64,000 bases of DNA from NCBI GenBank assembly GCA_951813015.1, contig CATOTG010000002.1, positions 402,101 through 466,100 on the forward strand, read 5' to 3'. The notes under the pieces were generated by a model that ran no database searches, was not told the origin of the DNA, and saw nothing but the letters and a program-made list of their open reading frames with translations. Numbering within the stretch: the first letter of the stretch is position 1; every line of letters begins with the position of its first letter. Positions 1 to 8,730 of the stretch are shown here, in pieces. This DNA is from an uncultured Thermoanaerobaculia bacterium. GTDB lineage: Bacteria > Acidobacteriota > Thermoanaerobaculia > Multivoradales > Multivoraceae. Both the position numbers and the translations under genes were made by a program.

Positions 1-641
1 GCAATCACGTTCTTGGCCGCGGCGGCGATCTCCACCCCGATCACGTCGGTCGAGGTGTAGAGCCGCAGCGCCCCGCCCGAGAGCAGCGACTGCAGTCGCT
101 CGGCCGCCGCCCTGGACTCCGACGCAACGACGCAGGCCGTCGGCAGCCCGGCGGCGAGTTCGGCGGCGAACGAGGGTCCGCTGATCGTGGCGAACAGGGC
201 GTCTGCGCCGGCCGAGACCGCCTCTTCCCGGCAGATGTCGCTCATGCGGCGGAAGCCGCCGCGATGGTCGGATTCGATGCCCTTCGCGCCGGAAACGAAG
301 GTCACCCGCTCCGGCAACAAGGCGCCGTCGCCGACACCGCCCCGCGCCTCGAGAAACGAACGCACGACGGCACGGAAGCCGTGCGACGGCACGACGACCA
401 GCACCGTGTCGCAGGCCGCCGCCTGCCGCAGGTCCCAGGTCACGCGAAGCTCCGCCGGCAACTCGACGCCAGGCAGGTAACGCTCGTTCACCCGCTCCTC
501 CGCCAGAACCGCGCCGAACTCCGGAGAACGGGCCCAGAGGGTGACCGGTGAACCCGCCCGGGCGGCATGGACCGCGAGCGCCGTGCCCCAGGCGCCGGCG
601 CCCAGCACGGCGACGCCGCTGCCTGCGGCCCCGTTCGTCAC
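1..641 (-). CDS. gpsA: NAD(P)H-dependent glycerol-3-phosphate dehydrogenase, N-terminal part (C-terminus lies beyond window start)
   Basis: Reverse-strand translation gives AAGSGVAVLGAGAWGTALAVHAA...KGIE...GPSFAAE...AAAKNVIA, the classic GpsA Rossmann and signature motifs. GTG start near 639-641 overlaps the plsY stop. Confidence 0.85.
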   Translation of the reverse strand, partial: MTNGAAGSGVAVLGAGAWGTALAVHAARAGSPVTLWARSPEFGAVLAEERVNERYLPGVELPAELRVTWDLRQAAACDTVLVVVPSHGFRAVVRSFLEARGGVGDGALLPERVTFVSGAKGIESDHRGGFRRMSDICREEAVSAGADALFATISGPSFAAELAAGLPTACVVASESRAAAERLQSLLSGGALRLYTSTDVIGVEIAAAAKNVI

Positions 642-1291
642 TCGGCAGCCTCGAACACCTGCGGTTTCTGCCCCAGCCGGGACTCCGTGCCCGCGCGCAA
701 CCGGACCAGGTTGGCCCGATGCTTCACGATCACCAGGACAGCGATCGCGGACACGGCAGCCAGCAGTGCCGGGCCGTGGTCCAGGCCGTCCGTCTCCCTG
801 AAGGCGCCGCTCGACCAACGGGCGCCGACTTGAACCGGCAGCGAAGCCGCCGCCGAAATCGAGCCAAGCGAGACATGGCGCTTCCAGGCCACGAGCAGGA
901 TGAACACCGCCAGCGCGCCGAGCCCGGCCCAGGGCGCCAGCACCGCCAGCACACCCGCGGCCGTCGCCACGCCCTTGCCGCCGCGAAAGACGAGGAACAG
1001 GGGAAACACATGCCCCGCCACCGCCGCGACCGCGGCCGCCGCGAGCCACCAGCTCCCGAGGTCGAGCGTTCCCGCCAGGACGACAGCCGCCGCCCCCTTC
1101 GCCACATCAAGCAGCAGCGCGAGCAGCGCCGCCCACTTGCCCGAGGCGCGCAGCACGTTCGTCGCGCCGGCGCTCCGGCTGCCGATCGTGCGCACGTCGA
1201 TGCCCCGGTGGAGCCGCACGATCAGATAGCTGAACGGCACGGACCCGAGGACGTACGCCAGAAGGACGGCGACCGGACCGGTCGCGGTCAC
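638..1291 (-). CDS. plsY: glycerol-3-phosphate acyltransferase PlsY
   Basis: 217-aa membrane protein with GSRSAGATNVLR (PlsY G-x-G-N-x-GATN motif) and multiple TM helices. The 4-nt overlap with gpsA gives the canonical plsY-gpsA pair. Confidence 0.85.
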   Translation of the reverse strand: MTATGPVAVLLAYVLGSVPFSYLIVRLHRGIDVRTIGSRSAGATNVLRASGKWAALLALLLDVAKGAAAVVLAGTLDLGSWWLAAAAVAAVAGHVFPLFLVFRGGKGVATAAGVLAVLAPWAGLGALAVFILLVAWKRHVSLGSISAAASLPVQVGARWSSGAFRETDGLDHGPALLAAVSAIAVLVIVKHRANLVRLRAGTESRLGQKPQVFEAAE

Positions 1292-2612
1292 GACGCCGCC
1301 TCGCCGGGCGGCGCCGCCCAGGGCAACAGGTCTCGCCCGGTCTGACGCGGCAACAGCATCCGCCGCAGCAGCTCGAGGGCGAACTGGGTCGAGAGTTGCC
1401 GCACCCGCGCCCGGTCACCCGGGAATCGCGCCTCGAAGTGCGAACAAGCGGCAGCCGGTCCGGCGACCGCGATGTGAACCGTACCCACCGGTCGCGTCCG
1501 GGTGCCGCCGCCCGGACCCGCAACGCCCGTGATCCCGACGCCGTAGTCGCTGCCGCAGCGTTCCCGGGCGCCCGCGGCCATCGCCAGGGCCGTCGGTTTC
1601 GACACCGCGCCGTGTTCCACCAGGGTTTCGCGCGGCACGCCGAGAAGGCGCATCTTCAGTTTGTTCGAGTAGGTCAGCAAGCCGCCCAGGAAGTACGCGC
1701 TGCTGCCCGCGGTGGCGGTGAACCGCTGGCCGAGCAGGCCGCCCGTACAGGACTCGGCGACCGCCACCGTCTCGCCGCGGCCCGCCAGCAGGTCGCCGAC
1801 CGCGGCCTCGAACTCGATGCCGTCCTCGATCGCGCCGACATAGAAGACCGCCTCGCCCAACGCCTTCCGGACCGCTGCTTCCATCTGCGCGAGACGCGGC
1901 GCCCTGCCCGCCACCGACCCTCCAGCCCGCAACCGCAGCCGGATCTCGCCCGGTCGCGCCAGGACGGACACGTCCTCGTCACCGAAACGCTCGTAGACCG
2001 GCGCGATGCGCTCCTCGACCACCGACTCCGGCAGGCAGGCCACCCGCACCTCGACCTGATCGAACCCTGCGCCGTCCTCGGACCGCGCCGCCAGCCATGG
2101 ATCCAGAGCGTCGTCCACCAGAGCCTTGAGCTCCCGCGGCACGCCGGGAAACAGAAAGTACGTCGTCCCTCGAGGCGAGGGCGCGGCATCCTCGATCCGC
2201 TGGCCGGGCGCCACACCGGCCCGGTTCGGCAGCATCTCCGCTCCCTCGACCCGCTCCGCCTGCTTGCGGTTGACCCGCGGAATGCGCCGCCCGAGCTTGC
2301 GAAACCCGCGTTCGATCTGGTCCCACAACGCCTCGTCCACCGCGACCGACCGCCCCAGCAGCCGAGCCAGGCCCTCCCGGGTCAGATCGTCCCGCGTCGG
2401 GCCCAACCCGCCGGTGACCAGCAGCAGCTCCGCGCGCTGCCGAAGCGCATCGAGTGTCTCGGCGATCGAGGCGACGTCGTCCGCGACGACCGCCTTGGAA
2501 ACCAGGTCCACTCCCCGCCGTCTCAGCACCTCCGTCAGCACCAGAGAGTTCGTGTCGAGGCGGTCCGTGCCGAGCAGCTCGCCGCCCACCGCGAGAATCG
2601 AAGCCTTCACCG
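1288..2612 (-). CDS. cinA: CinA-family competence/damage-inducible protein (NMN amidohydrolase PncC-like C-terminal domain)
   Basis: VKASILAVGGELLGTDRLDTNS MoCF-biosynthesis N-domain plus AVAESCTGGLLG CinA C-domain. A GTG at about 2610 is the likely start; the track ORF extends to 2739. Confidence 0.8.
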
Positions 2613-2750
2613 GCCGCAGTGTAGCGAGGCGTCCAAAGCACCGTCGGTCGCTTCGATCGCCACCGCGCCGTCGACCTTGCCCCCGGGCGCCGTCCGCCTG
2701 GGCGCTGAGGGTCGCTTCGACAGTCTGGCCGGGGTGCATCCTCGGACGGC

Positions 2751-4016
2751 CTACTCCGCCACAGTCGGAGGAGCCTCGGTCTGCTTCCCGATCACGAGCG
2801 CGGCCGCGACCTCGCGCTGCAGGACTTCCGGGTCGCGCCGGACGTACAACCGCACGAGTTCCTGGCCGCGTTCGATCTTCTGCCCCAAGCGGACGTCGTA
2901 GCGGAGCGCGACAGCGTGGTCGATCCTGCTCGGGTCGCGGTCGGGGCGGCAGGCGTCGGCGAACGCGTTGCCGATGCGCCGGCAGTCGACGGCCTCGAGG
3001 AAACCCGACTCGGCGGCGGTGACCACGGCTTCGACCGGCGCGAGGTCGAGGGCGTCGATCCAGCCGGGTTCGGCGCCCTGGGCGTCGGCCCAGTCGACAA
3101 GCTTCTGGCAGGCGGCGCCGGAGGCGATCACGGCCTCGACGTCCTTGCGAGACATCTCCTTGCCGCCCAGGCGGGCGGCCTTCCGGCAGACCGCGGCGAC
3201 GACTTCGAACAATCGCGGGTCGCCGTCCCCGCCGAGGAAGTCCAGTGCCTCCCTCACTTCGGCGGCGTGGCCGACCCAGCGGCCGAGAGGCTGACTCATG
3301 TCGCTCAGGACACAGTCCGCCGGCGTGCCGCAGGCGGCGCTGATCGAAACCAGGCCGGACGCGAGCGTGCGCGTGTCCTCGGCGTCGGGGAAAAAACCCC
3401 CGTTGCCGGTCTTCACGTCGAACACGATGCCGGACGCGCCCAGGGCGAGCTTCTTCGAGAGGATGCTGCCGACGACGAGCGGAATGGAGCTCACGGTCGA
3501 GGTCCGGTCCCTCAGGCCGTAGAGGCGCCGGTCGGCCGGCGCGATGCCCGCCGTCGCAATGCCGATTGCCATGCCGAAGCGCTCAAGCAGGCCGAGGGTC
3601 CTGTCCCGGTCCAGTTCGAGCCGCAGGCCGGGGATGCTCTCCAGCTTGTCCGCGGTGCCGCCGCTGTGGCCCAGGGAGCGGCCGGTGAGCTTGGCGGCGG
3701 GCACGCCAAACGAGGCGAGCACGGGCAGAACGATCAGGCTGACCGTGTCGCCGACTCCGCCGGTCGAGTGCTTGTCGACGAGCGGGCCGAACTCCGCGGC
3801 GAGCGCCCACCGGTCGCCGGACTCGAGCATCGCCAGGGTCAACTCTCGCGTCTCGTCGGAATCGAGACCCCGCATCGCGGCGGCCATGAGGAAGGCGGCA
3901 AGGTGCACGTCCGTCCAGCTCCCGTCGGCCGCTCCCGCGACGACGGACCACACCTCGTCGCGGGTCAGCTTCCGCCCCTGACGCATCCGGTTCAGAATGC
4001 CGTAGGGCGTAGCCAT
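2751..4016 (-). CDS. deoA: thymidine / pyrimidine-nucleoside phosphorylase
   Basis: 421 aa with the DKHSTGGVGD signature, the glycosyl-transferase family 3 fold and a C-terminal PYNP domain. Confidence 0.85.
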   Translation of the reverse strand: MATPYGILNRMRQGRKLTRDEVWSVVAGAADGSWTDVHLAAFLMAAAMRGLDSDETRELTLAMLESGDRWALAAEFGPLVDKHSTGGVGDTVSLIVLPVLASFGVPAAKLTGRSLGHSGGTADKLESIPGLRLELDRDRTLGLLERFGMAIGIATAGIAPADRRLYGLRDRTSTVSSIPLVVGSILSKKLALGASGIVFDVKTGNGGFFPDAEDTRTLASGLVSISAACGTPADCVLSDMSQPLGRWVGHAAEVREALDFLGGDGDPRLFEVVAAVCRKAARLGGKEMSRKDVEAVIASGAACQKLVDWADAQGAEPGWIDALDLAPVEAVVTAAESGFLEAVDCRRIGNAFADACRPDRDPSRIDHAVALRYDVRLGQKIERGQELVRLYVRRDPEVLQREVAAALVIGKQTEAPPTVAE

Positions 4017-4093
4017 GGGGCGGGATGCCGGCCGTGCCGTATCAGCGTGCGCCGCGGAACATCGGGCCCGCCGTCTTCCTGCCGCGCACGCTG

Positions 4094-4942
4094 CTAGCCG
4101 CCGAAACTGAACGGACTCGCGGCGGCGGGTTCCGGCCCGAGCTGCTGCCGGGCCCTGATCGCGTAGCCGCTGTCCGGGTACTCGTCGACAATGCGCCGGA
4201 AGGTCTCCCGAGCGCCCTCCTCGTCGCCGAGCTGCTCCAGGGTCGAGGCGAGCTCGAACAGAAGGACATCCTTCGGCAGGTTGGACGTTTCCGTCGCCAC
4301 CGCGCCACGGAGCTCGGCCGCAAGGTCCTCTCCCCGACCCTCGGCGCGGTCGAGGCTGTACAGGTTCAACTGCAGGCTCACGGCCAGCGCATGGTCTCCG
4401 CCGCTCGTCTCGAGATAGCCGGTCCAGAGCTCACGCGCCGTCGCGGCGTCGCCCTCGTCCGCGGCGATCTGGCCCAGATAGACGGAAGCCAATCGACCGG
4501 AAGCGGTTGAACCGTAGCTTTCCCGCACCGCCTCGAGCGCGGCGCGCGCCGCGACCCGCCGCTGCGCCTCGGAAGCGAAGCTGAGGACGTCGTCGCCATC
4601 CCCTTGCGCTACGGGTTCCTGCGGTCCCGCTTCGGCGCTCTCGTCCTGTTCCTCGCCGGGCGCGCTGTCCGGCGGCGTACCGAAGAGGTCGTCGATCGCG
4701 TCCGTCTCCGGCTCGTCGATCTCTGCCCGGTAGACCTTGAGGGCTTCACTGAGCTGGAAGCTCGCGTCGGCCTCCCGGCGATCCTGGTAGTTGAGGAACA
4801 GCACGACGCCCAGGACAACGGCGATCACTGCTGCGATCCCGATCAGAATCTGCCGAACGTGCTCGGCAAACCACGCGGAAGCCGAGAAAACCGCTTCGCG
4901 CACCTCGTCGCGCCGAATCTCCTCTCGTGTCAGACGGCTCAT
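4094..4942 (-). CDS. membrane-anchored TPR-like repeat protein (hypothetical)
   Basis: Start MSRLTREE (ATG at 4940-4942). Single N-terminal TM helix, an acidic linker and C-terminal TPR-like helical repeats. Confidence 0.55.
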   Translation of the reverse strand: MSRLTREEIRRDEVREAVFSASAWFAEHVRQILIGIAAVIAVVLGVVLFLNYQDRREADASFQLSEALKVYRAEIDEPETDAIDDLFGTPPDSAPGEEQDESAEAGPQEPVAQGDGDDVLSFASEAQRRVAARAALEAVRESYGSTASGRLASVYLGQIAADEGDAATARELWTGYLETSGGDHALAVSLQLNLYSLDRAEGRGEDLAAELRGAVATETSNLPKDVLLFELASTLEQLGDEEGARETFRRIVDEYPDSGYAIRARQQLGPEPAAASPFSFGG

Positions 4943-5086
4943 TGCAAGACCCTCCTCAGGCGGCGCAAACCATAGCAGCCCATGGCAGAAGTCGCGCTGC
5001 ATTCGAGCGGCCATGCATCCCGCCCAGCATCGTTGCTCCTCGGTCGAAGATGCCCCGATATGCTCCCTCGTCGCGCCTTGCCGGGC

Positions 5087-5140
5087 GGGCGCCTGGCCAC
5101 TCTCGGTGCGACACGGACTTCTGCCACGGGCTGCTAGCAG
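5087..5140. repeat. about 50-bp intergenic repeat (copy 1), homologous to 37013..37066
   Basis: GGGCGCCTGGCCACTCTCGGTGCGACACGGACTTCTGCCACGGGCT matches GGGCGCCTGACCGCTCTCGGTGCGACGCGGACTTTCACCACGGGCT with about 6 mismatches. Confidence 0.7.
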
Positions 5141-5265
5141 CCCTTGACTCCCGGCAAACCGGAAAGGGGCGCAAAGTGCGCCGCTGTGGCAGACTTGAAC
5201 TCAGGCGTCCTCGCTGGAGGACCCGGTCATCCGGCAACGCCACTCAACCACCTGGAGCACCCAAG

Positions 5266-5451
5266 ATGCCTACCCTGGGAATTGGCGAAATGCTGATCGT
5301 CTTCGCGATCATCGTCCTGATCTTCGGCGCCAGCCGCATTCCCAAGCTGGCGGGAGGCCTCGGCGCTGGCATCCGGAACTTCAAGCGCGGCCTGAACGAG
5401 CCCGGCGAAGACGAGACCGAGGACAAGCCGAAGCGCGAAATCGAAGATTAG
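5266..5451 (+). CDS. tatA: twin-arginine translocase subunit TatA/E
   Basis: MPTLGIGEMLIVFAIIVLIFGASRIPKLAGGLGAGIRNFKRG... is a textbook TatA. GGAG lies 8-12 nt upstream of the ATG at 5266. Confidence 0.9.
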   Translation: MPTLGIGEMLIVFAIIVLIFGASRIPKLAGGLGAGIRNFKRGLNEPGEDETEDKPKREIED

Positions 5452-5607
5452 TGGTGCGCCTGGAGGGACTCGAACCTCCGATGCCTGTTGATTCGGAATC
5501 CCTACCGCGCCATTCCCTGAGGTCCGGCGTGGTGCGCCTGGAGGGACTCGAACCTCCCTAGCCTGTGGATTGGGAATCCCTACCGCGCCATTCCCTGAGC
5601 TGCTGCG
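5452..5607 (-). repeat. two tandem ~78-nt degenerate tRNA-Arg-derived pseudo-tRNA copies (5452-5529, 5530-5607)
   Basis: Both units share the 3' half (…GGTTCGAGTCCCTCCAGGCGCACCA) with the intact tRNA. They lack a complementary 5' acceptor strand and have mismatched anticodon stems (loops TTCCGAA and TTCCCAA). Confidence 0.7.
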
Positions 5608-5684
5608 TGGTGCGCCTGGAGGGACTCGAACCCCCGACCTGTGGATTAGGAATCCACCGCTCTATCCCGCTGAGCTACAGGCGC
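5608..5684 (-). tRNA. tRNA-Arg (anticodon CCT)
   Basis: Reverse complement GCGCCTGTAGCTCAGCGGGATAGAGCGGTGGATTCCTAATCCACAGGTCGGGGGTTCGAGTCCCTCCAGGCGCACCA folds as a cloverleaf. It has a 7-bp acceptor stem, GCTC/GAGC D stem, GTGGA/TCCAC anticodon stem with loop TTCCTAA, a T-arm and an encoded CCA. Confidence 0.85.
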
Positions 5685-5715
5685 AAGCAGCGCCGGCCCC
5701 GAGCCGCCAAGGATC

Positions 5716-6249
5716 TCAGTAACGGACGAGCGATTCAACCACGTCGTAGCCTTCGAGGCGTCGCCTGCCTTCAAGGCTGGTCAGTTCGACGACGAATCCG
5801 ACGGCCTCGACCCGGGCGCCAACCGACTCGACCAGGTCGGCGGCCGCTCTCGCCGTGCCTCCGGTAGCCAGCAGATCGTCGACCAGGGCCACCCGGTCGC
5901 CGGCGGCGAGACCGTCCACGTGCATCTCGAGCGCGTCGCTGCCGTACTCGAGTTCGTAGCTGCAAGCCGCCGTCGCTGCGGGCAGCTTTCCGGGCTTCCT
6001 CACCGGCACGAAGCCGACGTTCAGTCGATACGCGACGAGCGGCGCGAAGATGAAGCCCCGCGCTTCGATGCCGACGACCTGGTCGACGCCCCGGTCGGCA
6101 AACCGCGCTGCCAGAAGGTCGGCCGCCTCGCGCAATGCGGCCGGCTCCTTGAGCAGCGTCGTGATGTCCTTGAACAGGATGCCCGGCTTCGGGAAGTCGG
6201 GCACTTCGCGAATCCAGTTCTTCAGTCGGTTCCCGCTGCCTGGTTTCAT
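5716..6249 (-). CDS. apt: adenine phosphoribosyltransferase
   Basis: [18 protein letters not shown]...[11 protein letters not shown]...[16 protein letters not shown]-binding motif. Confidence 0.9.
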   Translation of the reverse strand: MKPGSGNRLKNWIREVPDFPKPGILFKDITTLLKEPAALREAADLLAARFADRGVDQVVGIEARGFIFAPLVAYRLNVGFVPVRKPGKLPAATAACSYELEYGSDALEMHVDGLAAGDRVALVDDLLATGGTARAAADLVESVGARVEAVGFVVELTSLEGRRRLEGYDVVESLVRY

Positions 6250-6280
6250 CGCGTCTGATTCCATCGCAGCCTTCTCCAGG

Positions 6281-6913
6281 TCAGGGCGTAGCCTCCTTCG
6301 TCTTCCAGCCGTGCCGCCCGATCAGGGGCACGAAACGCACCGCTTCGCCGATGTGGCGTGCGACGACGCCGTTCTGGTGCTTCCGGTAGGCGATCAGCCG
6401 TTGCTCGTGCCGGTCTCCCACCGGAATGACCAGACGGCCACCCGGCGACAGTTGATCGAGAAGCGCGTCCGGAACCCGGGGCGCCGCCGCGGCAACCAGA
6501 ATGCGATCGAACGGCGCGGCGCTGCTCCAGCCGACCGTGCCGTCGAAGACCTGGATCTTCACGTTGGGAAGCCCAAGTGCCTGGATTCGGCCGATCGCCT
6601 GCCGGGCCAACTGACCCACCCTCTCGATGCTGTAGACGCGACGCGCCAGCGTCGCCAGGATCGCCGTCTGGTAGCCCGATCCGGTACCGATCTCGAGGAC
6701 CGAATCCTCGTCCCTCACATCGAGCTCCGCCGTCATCCGCGCCACGATGTAGGGCTGGGAAATCGTCTGCTCGCAACCGATCGGCAGCGCCCGGTCGCTG
6801 TAGGCGTCGTTGACCAGGTGCTCCGGCACGAACAGGTGCCTCGGCACCCGTTCCAGAGCCGCGAGCACCCGCTCATCCCGCAGGCCGTACTCCTTGACGA
6901 GCTTCGTCACCAT
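6281..6913 (-). CDS. pcm: protein-L-isoaspartate O-methyltransferase
   Basis: VLEIGTGSGYQTAILA SAM-binding motif. Its length (about 210 aa) and position downstream of surE match the canonical surE-pcm pair. Confidence 0.85.
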   Translation of the reverse strand: MVTKLVKEYGLRDERVLAALERVPRHLFVPEHLVNDAYSDRALPIGCEQTISQPYIVARMTAELDVRDEDSVLEIGTGSGYQTAILATLARRVYSIERVGQLARQAIGRIQALGLPNVKIQVFDGTVGWSSAAPFDRILVAAAAPRVPDALLDQLSPGGRLVIPVGDRHEQRLIAYRKHQNGVVARHIGEAVRFVPLIGRHGWKTKEATP

Positions 6914-6963
6914 ACGCCCGCGAGGAAAGCGGTAGGCGCCGTCCGCCCTCCCCCCGGCCGGCT

Positions 6964-7740
6964 TCAACGAAGCGCTCCGAGCAGACCCGGCAAGACGCCG
7001 TCCCCCTCCGAGATCGCCTCCCGGTCGGTCAGGTCGGCGCTGAGCGGTGTGATCGAGATGTACCCGTCGCGAACCGCCGCGGCGTCCGTGTCGTCACGGC
7101 GTTCCGGTTCCGGCTTCCCGACCAGCCAGTACATCGATCCGCCGCGGGGATCGTCCTGCTGCACCACCGAGTTGCGATACGGACGGCGGCCGAGCCTCGC
7201 GATCCTGACGCCGCGCGGAGGATCGAACGGAAAGTTCACGTTGAGGAGCATCCGGTCCGGGATCCCCTGCTCGAGCAGGGACACGATCGCGCGCGCCGCG
7301 AGACCCGCGGCGCGTTTCATGTCCGCGGGTTGGGCCTTGCGGTACTCCTGCGAGAAAGCGATCGCCGGTATGCCGAGCAGCCTGCCCTCGAGGGCGGCGC
7401 CGACCGTGCCGCTGTGGGTCACGTCGTCGCCAAGGTTGACGCCGTAGTTGACGCCCGAAACGAGCAGATCGGGGGGCCGGTCAAGCAGCGCGTGGACGCC
7501 GACGTTGACGCAGTCGGACGGCGTACCGTCGACCGAGAACCACCCCTCCCGAACCGTCCTGGCGCGCAGCGGCCGGAACAGCGTCAGGGCTTGTCCGCAT
7601 CCGCTCTGTTCAACCAGGGGCGCCACGACCTGGTAGTCGACCGGCCCCTGAGTCGTCGCGGCCCGGTCGAGCGCCGCCGCCAGACAGGTCAGTCCCGCGG
7701 CGCCCACGCCGTCGTCGTTCGTCAGCAGCAGTCGCGTCAC
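6964..7740 (-). CDS. surE: 5'/3'-nucleotidase SurE
   Basis: MTRLLLTNDDGVGAAGL...GTPSDCV...SGVNYGVNLGDDVTHSGTVGAA matches SurE. Confidence 0.9.
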   Translation of the reverse strand: MTRLLLTNDDGVGAAGLTCLAAALDRAATTQGPVDYQVVAPLVEQSGCGQALTLFRPLRARTVREGWFSVDGTPSDCVNVGVHALLDRPPDLLVSGVNYGVNLGDDVTHSGTVGAALEGRLLGIPAIAFSQEYRKAQPADMKRAAGLAARAIVSLLEQGIPDRMLLNVNFPFDPPRGVRIARLGRRPYRNSVVQQDDPRGGSMYWLVGKPEPERRDDTDAAAVRDGYISITPLSADLTDREAISEGDGVLPGLLGALR

Positions 7741-7836
7741 TTCGGGTCCCGCTTCCTGCCGGTCAGGGGGCGGCGTCTCGTCGGCGGTCGAGCGGATGAC
7801 TCAGGTCGCTTCACTTCGGATCCCGCTTCTTGCCGG

Positions 7837-8730
7837 TCAGGTGTTGTCGCCTCGGCGCAGGACCCGGCCGACGATCGGTTCCAGGTCGCGCAACACCGAG
7901 GGCGGGATCGCCGACGGATCGGTGATGATCGCGTGTTCCAACGCATTGGCGCAGGGACACGATCCCTCCTGCCGTTCCTCCGGCAGCGCCGCGACGATCC
8001 GGACCACCGCGGCTTGCGCCGTGCGCGCGTTCTGCTGCAGCACGGCGAGCACTGCGTCGACGGTGACGTCCTCTTCCTCCTCGTGCCAGCAGTCGTAGTC
8101 GGCGACCAGGGCGAGGGTCGCATAGCAGATCTCCGCCTCCCGCGCGAGCTTGGCCTCCTGGAGGTTGGTCATGCCGATCACGTCCGCGCCCCAACCGCGG
8201 TGCATGAAGGCCTCGGCGCGGGTCGAGAACTGGGGACCCTCCATGCACACGTAGGTCCCGCCGCGATGGACCACGGCCCCGGCCGCGGCCGACTGCTCGG
8301 CGCAGATCGAAAGCAGCGCCGGACAGATCGGGTCGCCGAACGCCACGTGGGCCGCCAGCCCGTTGCCGAAGAAGGTGTCCGGCCGATGCCGCGTCCGGTC
8401 GATGAACTGGTCCGGAACGACGATGTCCGTCGGCCGGTAGCGGCGCCGGAGCGAGCCGACGGCCGACAGCGAGATCAACCTCTCCGCCCCCAGCGTCTTG
8501 AAGGCATAGATGTTGGCGCGAAAGTTCAACTCGCTGGGAAGGATGCGGTGGCCGCGCCCGTGGCGGGCCAGGAAAAGCGACCCGACGCCCACTCAACTCG
8601 CCCAGCACGAAGACCTCGGAGGGGCTGCCGAACGGTGTCGAGATCGCGCGTTCCTCGTGGACCTCGAGCTCCGCCATGCCGTAGAGGCCCGAGCCGCCGA
8701 TGACGCCCGTCCGGTATGCCTCCGGGCTCA
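7837..8730 (-). pseudogene. mtnP: S-methyl-5'-thioadenosine phosphorylase (MTAP) with an apparent +1 frameshift near 8570
   Basis: The N-terminus [19 protein letters not shown]...[12 protein letters not shown] is in one frame. The remainder [30 protein letters not shown]...[16 protein letters not shown] is in another. An extra C in GCTTTTCCTGGCC breaks the conserved [11 protein letters not shown]. Confidence 0.7.

Noticed and set aside
1396-2901. 501-aa plus-strand ORF antisense to cinA. Similar long antisense ORFs occur at 2916-4097, 7330-8703, 15824-17314, 18576-20123, 31707-33755, 38385-40859, 40964-42895 and 42908-44206.
   Set aside because: Arg/Pro/Ala-rich, low-complexity translations lying exactly opposite well-supported genes. 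These are typical stop-codon-poor artefacts of about 70 % GC DNA. No motifs.
5452-5607. Calling the two upstream tRNA-like units functional tRNA-Arg(CCG) and tRNA-Gly(CCC)
   Set aside because: The 5' acceptor strand is not complementary to the 3' strand, and the anticodon stems are mismatched in both units. They are scored as pseudo-tRNAs pending a covariance-model check.
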